The translations under genes were made by a program, and so were the position numbers. The notes under the pieces are model-generated. The model did no database searches. It worked only from the letters and a program-made list of their open reading frames with translations, and was not told the DNA's origin. This document shows, one piece after another, positions 30,415-39,000 of a DNA stretch of 64,000 nucleotides; the first letter of the stretch is position 1; each line of letters opens with the position of its first letter. The stretch is from an uncultured Microbulbifer sp. (GTDB taxonomy: Bacteria; Pseudomonadota; Gammaproteobacteria; Pseudomonadales; Cellvibrionaceae), in assembly GCF_913055755.1 (NCBI RefSeq), contig NZ_CAJXKH010000007.1, positions 2,256 through 66,255 of the forward strand. Direction: 5' to 3'.

Positions 30415-31738
30415 AACCCTTATTCGCGGTTTGGAAACGGCTCTTTCCGCGTCACCGGATAACCTCGCGCTACGTATGGCGCTAGTGCGGGCACTGACGG
30501 CTGCAAACTCCATTAATACCGCAGCTGGCTATCTGGACTCCCTGACCGGTGAGCAGCTAGCGGATGAGGAGCAATTACTCGCCGCAGAGGTCATGCAGAA
30601 ACTCGGCAAGGATCAACACGCACTGGACTTTCTCGTATCAAACAACTGCCATGTGTTGCTGGAGCGCGCCCGAATCCTTGCAAAAATGGGCGATATGAAT
30701 GAAGCCAAATCCGCTTATGCCGCCGCAACCGGGCTCAACTCCACACTGGAAGATCCTCAACTGGCTGCGCAGCTGAATGCCCGCAGCATTGAAACCCATA
30801 ACGGGTCCAGGCTCAGGGTAATTTCCAACGACAATACCACCGCAACTGAGTTGAACCGCATATTACAGCCAGAAAGTGAAGCGATTACATTTTCTGATAT
30901 TGGTGGACTGGAAGTTGTCAAAAAGCAAATCAATAAAAAAATTATTCTCCCGTATCAAAAACCGTCACTATTTTCTAAATTTCGCAAAAAAATTGGCGGT
31001 GGCATTCTGCTGTATGGACCACCGGGGTGCGGAAAAACCATGCTAGCCAGAGCTACCGCCGGAGAGTGCAACGCCGCTTTCTTCAATGTGGTTATCTCCG
31101 ATATCCTGGACATGTATATCGGCGAGTCAGAAAGCAAGCTGCACGCTGTCTTTGAGCAAGCACGTCGCAGCAGCCCGGCAGTCATTTTTTTTGATGAAGT
31201 GGAAGCCCTCGCCGCCAAGCGTGAGCACACCAGGGAGGCCACATCCTCCAAACTGGTAAGCCAGTTCCTGGCAGAATTGGACGGCTTCGCCCAGGATAAT
31301 CACGGCGTGTTGGTTCTGGCGGCCACGAACGTGCCCTGGGCGCTGGACCCGGCCTTCCGGCGTCCGGGACGTTTCGATCGCATACAGTTCGTGCCTCCAC
31401 CTGATGCCGAGGCCAGAACAGAGATTCTAAAAAGCCAATTATTCGGGCGTCCGGGGGGCGAGACTATTGATGTCGCCAAGATAGCGAAATTAACCTCGGG
31501 ATTTTCCGGGGCGGACCTTGCCAATCTTGTGGAATCTGCAGTCGATGAAGCCATTGACGAGTCAATTGAATCGGGTTCCGAGCAGTCACTCTGCAATACG
31601 CACTTGCTGCAAGCCTTGAAGCAAGTGAAGCCGACTACTGTGGAATGGCTGACGACTGCACGAAACTATGCGCGCTACGCCAATGAGGCCGGCCAGTACA
31701 ACGAAGTACTCGGTTTCCTCAAGAAACACGGAAAATAA
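30407..31738 (+). CDS. Classical-clade AAA+ ATPase (Cdc48/Vps4-like single module) with N-terminal TPR-like region
   Basis: FSDIGGL, Walker A GPPGCGKT, pore loop MYIGE, Walker B IFFDE, AATNVPWALDPAFRRPGRFDR, GFSGADL. Confidence 0.92.
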   Translation: MDETLIRGLETALSASPDNLALRMALVRALTAANSINTAAGYLDSLTGEQLADEEQLLAAEVMQKLGKDQHALDFLVSNNCHVLLERARILAKMGDMNEAKSAYAAATGLNSTLEDPQLAAQLNARSIETHNGSRLRVISNDNTTATELNRILQPESEAITFSDIGGLEVVKKQINKKIILPYQKPSLFSKFRKKIGGGILLYGPPGCGKTMLARATAGECNAAFFNVVISDILDMYIGESESKLHAVFEQARRSSPAVIFFDEVEALAAKREHTREATSSKLVSQFLAELDGFAQDNHGVLVLAATNVPWALDPAFRRPGRFDRIQFVPPPDAEARTEILKSQLFGRPGGETIDVAKIAKLTSGFSGADLANLVESAVDEAIDESIESGSEQSLCNTHLLQALKQVKPTTVEWLTTARNYARYANEAGQYNEVLGFLKKHGK

Positions 31739-31751
31739 ACAGGAAATAACG

Positions 31752-32243
31752 ATGGCTAGCCACAGCGCGACCATGTACCAGATTATTGATGAGCCGCGGC
31801 CCGGTGCGTTAACGCGATTGGCAGTGAATCCCTTCTGGCCACTACTGGGATTCATGTTCGGAGGTGCATTCTTTAGCTGGGTTTGGTCGTTAATCAACAG
31901 TTTGGCCCTGGGCAGCCCGACGCGGCTGCGAGAGCTGTTCGCCATTCTATGTGGTTTTGTGGGCTACTTCCTGTTGCTCTTTGCGATGAGCTTTCTGATC
32001 AACCTGCAGGTGTTCGAGGGACTTACCCATCAGTACACCCGTATCCTATTGGTGGGGTTTTCGCTAATTCCCAGCTACTACGTATACCTCCGACAGAGCG
32101 CCGCCTATGAACTTTTTGAGTATTTCGGCGGAAAGGCCCTGAACGGCATTCCCATACTGCTAGCCGGCTATTTTGTTGGTAGTAAATTCCAACTGGCAGT
32201 GCTTACGGCAGTGATAAACGGGGTGTCACTATGGACCCGATAA
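31752..32243 (+). CDS. Hypothetical multi-pass membrane protein
   Basis: About 4 hydrophobic segments; AGGA RBS; stop overlaps the next gene. Confidence 0.75.
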   Translation: MASHSATMYQIIDEPRPGALTRLAVNPFWPLLGFMFGGAFFSWVWSLINSLALGSPTRLRELFAILCGFVGYFLLLFAMSFLINLQVFEGLTHQYTRILLVGFSLIPSYYVYLRQSAAYELFEYFGGKALNGIPILLAGYFVGSKFQLAVLTAVINGVSLWTR

Positions 32244-33169
32244 ACAATGCCGTTGCCAGACTGATCGAAAAAGCGCACCGCCAATCCAATTACGGCGACG
32301 TGAATTCGGCAATTGACACACTGCGTGAAGCGCTGTCGATTGAGCCAGACAACGGCTATCTACACAGCTACCTGGCCGTCAATCTGGTCTCGGCGCGGCG
32401 CCTGGCTGCCGCACACCATGAAGCGTGTACTGGTCTGAGTATGGAACCGGAGGACCCCTTCGCACACTACGCTCTCGGCTTGAGCTTAACGGCGAAGATG
32501 CAATTGAAAAAAGCGGCTGACAGCTACCGGAATTGTCTGGCTCTGGACCCGGAGTTTGCAGCCGCATACCTTGCACTGGCCCAGGTCCAGTCACTTCTCG
32601 GACAGCGACCAGCGGCACTGGAAAACCTTCTAAAAGCGCTGGAGCTGGAACCGGAGGATACGGATACAATTGCCGCTTTGGGACAATGGCATCTGAGTGG
32701 CGGCGATCTGAAAGAGGCCAAGCACCACGCCGAAAACGCCCTGGCAATTGAGCCTCAACATCAGGAATCACTGGTATTGATGGGACATATTCTGCTGCGG
32801 GAAAACAGGGTAGAAGAGGCCCGGGAGCACGCAATCTGGGCTCTGCAGATGGATGCCAGTGACGAACAGGCGCTCTATCTTCTGTCATCGATCAAGGCCC
32901 GAAAAAGCGTCCTTTTCGGTCTCTGGTTCCGCCTCAATTCATGGATTGCCGCCGGAGAGGGGACCCGTACAACCCTGCTGCTGGTGGTAGGCTACCTGAT
33001 ATTTCAGCTGACCTCCCAGGTGCTGGAGGATACCGGAAACGGCCAGTGGGCCTCGCTGGTAAACTATGCCTGGCTGGCACTGGTCCTCTACTCCTGGGTA
33101 GGCCCGGCCTGGTTCCACAAAAAAGTGGAAGAGGAAATCAAGACGGTCACGCTTAAACCCAGCTACTAG
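32231..33169 (+). CDS. TPR-repeat protein with two C-terminal TM helices
   Basis: Repeated AL.L(E/D)P TPR turns (about 6); hydrophobic C-terminal hairpin. Confidence 0.88.
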   Translation: MDPINNAVARLIEKAHRQSNYGDVNSAIDTLREALSIEPDNGYLHSYLAVNLVSARRLAAAHHEACTGLSMEPEDPFAHYALGLSLTAKMQLKKAADSYRNCLALDPEFAAAYLALAQVQSLLGQRPAALENLLKALELEPEDTDTIAALGQWHLSGGDLKEAKHHAENALAIEPQHQESLVLMGHILLRENRVEEAREHAIWALQMDASDEQALYLLSSIKARKSVLFGLWFRLNSWIAAGEGTRTTLLLVVGYLIFQLTSQVLEDTGNGQWASLVNYAWLALVLYSWVGPAWFHKKVEEEIKTVTLKPSY

Positions 33170-33215
33170 CCGTTCGAGCGGACATAAGATTTTTCCGCTC
33201 TCTCGCTAACTAGGT

Positions 33216-33297
33216 TATTTGGGGTCAGTGTGCCACTACAGGTCATTCCCTTACTGCCAAGATTTATGGCGTTACATGTATTTGGGGTCAGAGTAAA
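33216..33297 (+). repeat. RAYT-flanking motif, two direct copies downstream of the transposase
   Basis: TATTTGGGGTCAG at 33216-33228 and TATTTGGGGTCAGAGTAAA at 33279-33297. Confidence 0.8.
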
Positions 33298-33328
33298 TCT
33301 ATAGCGTCATATGCTTCGGTCGAATTAG

Positions 33329-34021
33329 CTACCCACCCGCTAATCGAGGTCGACCGACCTTACCTTCAGTGACTCTCCGATTGAACATCTGTTCAACTTG
33401 CTCCTTGAAACTGCTGGAACCAAGCGCGAGCCCCTTATTCGTAGCGGCTGTTATCTCATCCACAGTAGGCCGCTCCAAATGCGCATCAAATAGTGCCCGA
33501 TAACGCGCTCGTCGCTGCTTCGGGTATCGTCCCAACTTCAAATACTCGGGATGGGCTGTCAGTATCGAAGAAGATTTCCCCAAGGCATTCGCGGAATAAC
33601 TAGACCAGAAATAATCTGAAGGGTGATGCACCATACCGGCTCGAACCGGGTTGAGCTCTATATAGCGGTAGCATTCCAGAAGGTAGGTTTCCGACTGCAC
33701 CAGGCATGACCTGTAGCGCCCTTCCCAAAGCGTACCGGTCCGCCTGTAGGTACGATTGAAGTAGCGAACATACATTCGACCAAGCGATTGCATCATCCGT
33801 GCTATCCCATCATCGGTTTCCGGTGTCGCCAACAGATGCACGTGATTGGTCATAAACACCCAGGCATGAATCTTAACTCGGTGCTGCTGCGAGTATTCCC
33901 TTAGCCAGCCGGCATAAGCAACAAAGTCGTCCTCACAACAGAAACACACTTGCCGATTATTCCCTCTCTGAATCAGGTGCTGCGGAATACCGGCTGGCGT
34001 CAGGCGGGGTAGTCTTGCCAT
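33329..34021 (-). mobile_element. REP-associated tyrosine (HUH/Y1) transposase, RAYT
   Basis: MARLPR, HLIQRGNNRQ, HUH motif MTNHVHLL, GTLWEGRY, YIELNPVRAG, WSSY. Confidence 0.93.
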
Positions 34022-34095
34022 GATTTCCTCCTTGAAATCACAGCAACGAGATTAGAGGGTTTTAAATCTATCTATGTGCGATACGGTGACAATAT

Positions 34096-34113
34096 TTTAC
34101 TCTGACCCCAATA
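34096..34113 (-). repeat. RAYT-flanking motif, inverted copy upstream of the transposase
   Basis: TTTACTCTGACCCCAATA is the reverse complement of TATTGGGGTCAGAGTAAA. Confidence 0.85.
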
Positions 34114-34116
34114 TTT

Positions 34117-34467
34117 AACGAGAACCTGGCCGACTTTGGCAAGCGCCTGGCGCAGTTGCGCAAGGCTGCCGGCTATACCCAGAAGGAACTGGCCGAGGAG
34201 ATCGGCGCGACGCGGCGGGTCATCGCCTATTACGAGACCGAGAGCGAACACCCACCGGCCAACCTGCTGGTAGACTTGGCTCAGGCCCTCAAGGTCAGCA
34301 CGGACGAGCTGCTCGGCGTCAAGCCGGTGAAGAAGGTCAGCCAGCCGGATTCCAGATTGCTGCGGCGGATGCAGCAGATTGAGAAGTTGGACGCCGCCAC
34401 CAAGCGGCAGGTGATTCAGGTGATCGATACGTTTATCGAGAATGCCAAGCTCAAGAAGCAGGCTTGA
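34117..34467 (+). CDS. XRE-family HTH regulator, probably 5'-truncated
   Basis: Frame reads NENLADFGKRLAQLRKAAGYTQKELAEEIG...YYE...P...LAQALKVSTDELLG, but there is no ATG or RBS between the RAYT motif and helix 1; the first TTG (34156) lies inside helix 1. Confidence 0.8.
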   Translation, partial: NENLADFGKRLAQLRKAAGYTQKELAEEIGATRRVIAYYETESEHPPANLLVDLAQALKVSTDELLGVKPVKKVSQPDSRLLRRMQQIEKLDAATKRQVIQVIDTFIENAKLKKQA

Positions 34468-34480
34468 GAGTCTATAACGA

Positions 34481-34514
34481 CAAAGCCCCGGCAGATTGCT
34501 CTGCCGGGGCTTTG
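34481..34514. terminator. Perfect 15-bp hairpin between the convergent XRE and immunity genes
   Basis: CAAAGCCCCGGCAGA-TTGC-TCTGCCGGGGCTTTG. Confidence 0.75.
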
Positions 34515-34530
34515 GTAGTTTTGGTAAATC

Positions 34531-35043
34531 TCATCCGGGATTACACGAAGAGATTTTGAGCACGTCCGTATTGCGGTATACCTTCCGGCTCACCCCATCC
34601 TTGCCAAATACAAATGTAACCTGGTTTTGCTGCCATCTGTATTTAGGCTGATCATCTGTACCTACATTAATTCTGGCTTGATCCCCATACCAAAGGCAAA
34701 CGGAAAACTCTGACACACTCGCCTTTTCTATTGGTTCCGTTACCTGTATCGATAAAGATCGAATGTTCGGGTTTACTATGCCTTCCGTGATTTTCTCAGA
34801 CAAAAGCCCACTTGAAAGACCAGAGTCAACCCAAAGCCTTAATTTCTTATCATCTGTTTCTTTTGCCTTGACTTCTATATTTCCAAGGCTTTCGTGATAT
34901 GCCTCAATGGATAAAAATCTCCAATCTATGGGGTAAGGTTCATTAGCAACAGATTTTGTAGCCAAAGTAATGGCAACAAATAAAAATCCACTTTTTAAGA
35001 AACCTTTATCACGAGTTGCACCCGGCACAAACCTATCTAACAT
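34531..35043 (-). CDS. Putative immunity protein for the orphan toxin tip (signal-peptide-like N-terminus)
   Basis: AT-rich; ATG overlaps the end of the orphan tip; hydrophobic FLFVAITLA...SVA segment; one Cys pair. Confidence 0.6.
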   Translation of the reverse strand: MLDRFVPGATRDKGFLKSGFLFVAITLATKSVANEPYPIDWRFLSIEAYHESLGNIEVKAKETDDKKLRLWVDSGLSSGLLSEKITEGIVNPNIRSLSIQVTEPIEKASVSEFSVCLWYGDQARINVGTDDQPKYRWQQNQVTFVFGKDGVSRKVYRNTDVLKISSCNPG

Positions 35044-35581
35044 AAACTTTTGCCCACCTGTCATTGCCACCATACTTTGCATGGTAATCGTTTGAGGATG
35101 GTAGCGGGCGACCCGCATTCTTCGCCGCATACCAGTCAGACCGCCAATCAGGTCCTCTAAACCTATAAATACCCGTGTCGTTCATTAAATACCGGTTATG
35201 CTTCCAGGCTTTATTCTTATACATATCTTCCGCACTCCAGAAATTGCTGGTTTGGTGCGTATGAATGTCCCTTGGGCTACTGGCATTGTTATAGAAAAGC
35301 GTACCAGCATTACTTAAATACCACTTTTCTCCGTCAAGCCTATAGTTGAAACTTATTTCAATATCGTATTTGTTAGCGATTGAAAAAATATTTTCGTATG
35401 CGTATTCCAGGCCAGCCCCTTCGCTATCAAAACCTTTGGCGGCCCCTTCCATAGCCAAACCAATTTCAGAGCGGATTTCAGTTTGCTGCTTTTCAGTAAA
35501 CCTATCAGGTCCTAACTGCCCATCAGCCCGGTAATCATTCAAATAATTGCCAGAATCTAAGCTTTCATTACTCTGCCCAGA
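35033..35581 (-). pseudogene. Orphan Rhs toxin tip with a JAB/MPN-like HxH..SxxD motif and no proper start
   Basis: Open frame from SGQSNESLDSGNYLNDY... to the stop at 35033; contains DIHTHQTSNFWSAED; begins a few bases after the stop of immunity-1. Confidence 0.7.
35569..35579. repeat. 11-bp cassette-boundary repeat, distal copy
   Basis: TACTCTGCCCA, identical to 36684-36694. Confidence 0.75.
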
Positions 35582-35585
35582 AGAG

Positions 35586-36092
35586 TTATACCAATTTCGG
35601 CGGCCAACAAATCGTTAAAATATGTTTTTCTGGCTTTAGGAAATTCAACTCCATCTCAAGATGAGGAACGACTAAGCTAGTAATTAGTATTTTATAACCA
35701 GTTTTCAGTGTAATAACAGCATACGAATAGCCATCCCAAGGAAACCACTGTATTAGACCAGAATCTCGTGCCTTAGAAATTGCTATTTCGACCTTTGAAA
35801 TGTCATTTTTCGAATACAAGTCAGTGATACCGCCATGTTCAATCTTTACCTGACCGCTATAAAACCCAATCGACACCCCACGACTTAAAACCAAATAACG
35901 AGCATGAATAGCCATATGAGGAATGAAAACTACAAGAAAAGCAACGGTTGCAGCCGACATCGCAAACCTAAGACTTTCTGCTCCAAATCTAGCATCAAAA
36001 ACCAAAGGAATAATTAAAAAGACGCTTCCATAGATAAACAGTGGCCAAACATGACTAAATTGATTCATTCCATTTAGAGAGAATATTCTCAT
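35586..36092 (-). CDS. Putative cognate immunity protein (2 TM plus soluble domain)
   Basis: ATG immediately after the Rhs stop; AT-rich; two N-terminal hydrophobic helices. Confidence 0.75.
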   Translation of the reverse strand: MRIFSLNGMNQFSHVWPLFIYGSVFLIIPLVFDARFGAESLRFAMSAATVAFLVVFIPHMAIHARYLVLSRGVSIGFYSGQVKIEHGGITDLYSKNDISKVEIAISKARDSGLIQWFPWDGYSYAVITLKTGYKILITSLVVPHLEMELNFLKPEKHILTICWPPKLV

Positions 36093-36093
36093 C

Positions 36094-39000
36094 TTACCTA
36101 TCCCCTCCAAATAAATTATTTAAATTTAACTCTCGGCCAAAAGTAACCAATTCGGCACCATTGCCTCGCTCTATGACTTGATCCATTTTTCGCACTTCTT
36201 GGCGAACAACTCTTGCACCAGGAACAATAGCATGATCGTAGAGTTTCTCACCCCCGAAAAATCCAAGTCCTACGACAGCAGCCCAGCCACCACTTCCCAC
36301 AACAGCCAAACCAATTGCAATAGTATTTCCTGTGTGTCGATATACATATCGGCCAGTGGATAACTCGCCAGTTCTGAACTGGTACGCATCGGTAGATATA
36401 TTTACTGCTGTTAGAACATAACCTGCGCCACCGGCAGCCTGGGATATTCTAACTAATTTTAGCTGCCCTTCTTTAGCTGCCTTTACAAGTTCGGCTGAAT
36501 CAAATTGGTTACCGTAATAATGCAAAGAACGAACTCGATCACCATCCAAAAGAACTTGATTTGACTCCTGAAGCATCTTAGCTTCCGCGGTGCCAAGGGC
36601 AATGAGACTACTGCTCACAGTCAAACCCTCTTGGGCTCCACTAGCAGTTTCGCGCGACAAGATCCCAAGGTGCTTCTCTTCGCTACTCTGCCCACTGGCA
36701 ACACTATTAGCGCCATTTCTGTCCGTACGTTCACGAGGTGAATTTACCGCAACCGCACCGATTTTTCCCCCACCATTGCCGTTACCTTTTAGGTAAACAA
36801 CTATGGTTCCATCACTCAGCGTGACCGCAACCCCGCCGCACCTACTGGAATTGCAATTGTCTATTTGCGATTGCACATCCCGTGCTGTTTCATCGCTCAC
36901 CGAGATATTGGTTTCTGGTAAGTTGACCAAATACCCCGTCGGATCCGTATACCTCAACGGATTATTCATAACATAAGAATACGGATTATACGCCTGACTA
37001 TTCTCCGGCATCGAGATAAACGGGTCCACCGACAGGAACCGGCCCAGATTGTAATCATAAGCCCGCCCATTCATATGAATCAGCTCCACCCCATCCAGGT
37101 GCTCGTGATCGGTAAAGCCCCTTTTGGTGGTAGCGCGCCCCAGCAGGCCGCCATTGCTGTCATCCTCACGGAGATCCCGCGCCTTGCCGAACGGATCGAA
37201 ACCGCGGCGTTCCTTGATTGCACCCGCGATATCGCTGACGCTCTCGATAGAACCGAGGTGATCTTTGTGCAGGAACTCCCAACCGGTGAACTCTGCCGAG
37301 CCATTCAGCGTCTGCGTACGATACTGGGCAAAATCGCCGACCGCGGTGCGCTCCACAACCGTGGTATTGCCCCCCTGCACGGTCTGCTCGTACTCGTAGG
37401 CACCCAGGTAGTAGCGGGTGGTCGTGGCGCTGCCGTTGGTCGCGACCTGCTTGTAGCGGCTGTTGTCGGAACCGTAGTAGAAGGTCGCACTGTTGCCGTT
37501 GCTGTGGCTGATGGACCTGGGTTTGTTATTGACACCGTAACTGATGCTTCGGAGCCCATCGGCCGTGAGGTTGCCGTTCAGGTCGTATGCATAGGATCTG
37601 GTTGACAGATCTTTAAGCTGGACCTGAGTGACCGCATTGGGGCCGGCATTACCCGTGGATCGACTGGCATCACCATACTGGTACGCACTGAGGCTGCCGC
37701 TGGAAAAGTCGGTCTTGTACAGCAGGTTGCCGGCGGCGTCGTAGTCGTAATCAACCGTGCTGTGCAGGGTTGTCGGCACATATCCGTTCCAGCTGCGACT
37801 GGACTGGGTAAGGCGGTGCAAATTGTCGTAGGTGAAGCTTTCCTCTACCCCTGCAATGGCATTTTCCCTGTGATTCAGATTCCCGTAGCTATCGTACTCG
37901 TCGTAAATCAGCTTGGATTTCGAACAGTTGCCAATCAGGCTACTGACGCAACGCTGTTCGATCAGGCCGGCGGCGTTGTAATTAGTCTCCTCGATCAACG
38001 CATTGGCAAAGCTTTGCTGGAGGATTGCCTCGGTGGCACTGCGGTTATCCACACTGCGCAGTTTGATACCGGCAGCGAAATCCCAGTCCTCAGCCACACG
38101 CCCAGTTTCGTCGTAACGCGTTTCAACGATGGTGCCGCCGGGATAGCTCAGCCCTTTAATGCGACCGTAATTCGTATCCCAGGCAGTTTTCTGGACGAAG
38201 ACACGGCCGTCAATCTGGGTGGTGCGGGCGATCTCGCGCTGCAGACTGTCGTATTCGTATATACGCTCAAAGGCAGGATTTGTGCTGGATCCGGTGTATT
38301 CCCGATCTAGCGTGCCGTAGGCGCTCGCATCAAACTGGAAGTGATGCGCGGCATCGGACCCCGGGTACTGATGCCTCAATCGTCCGAGGGCATCGTAGTT
38401 GAACGTAGTAACCTGGCTTTTTGCATCTTTCTGCCAGCGCAGCTCGCCGAGCGCGTTGTAGGAAAACTGCCAGTTGCCCATATTCGGGTCACTGAGGCCA
38501 AGTTTGTGCCCGAAGCCGTTGTAGGTCGCGGTTATAGCGTTACCGGCAACGTCCTGAATCATGGCGACATTGCCCAGGGCGTCGTAGCGGAAATAGGTAT
38601 GCTGCCCCTTGGCATCCTGATGATACAGGGGCTGGCCCAGCACACTGCTGCGGCTTGCCATCATCAGTACCGGGCCAAGCGCATTCGGGGTAACAGTGAT
38701 ATCGGTGCCCAGGCCACTGTAGTCGTAAGCCACATCATAACTGATGGGCAGGCGCTGCACCGTTTTGGCGATGGGACGATTGAGCCCATCGAACTCGGTG
38801 AAGTCGACGATACCGTAGCCGTTTGTGGCACTGACGTAGTGGGGATCGGCCACTTGTGTGACCCGGCCCCGGCTATCATAACTCTGCCACTGAACGATGG
38901 TACCGTTGGCACCTTCGGTCTCACGGTAAACCTCTCGGCCCAACACATCGTAATAGCTCACGTTCAACGGAGCGCCGGCCTGGGCAGCAATTTCGAAGTA

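Noticed and set aside
34495-34507. ATTGCTCTGCCGG as a third copy of the tip-boundary repeat after immunity-2
   Set aside because: Only 8 of 11 positions match, and it is explained as one arm of the terminator hairpin; not counted as evidence.
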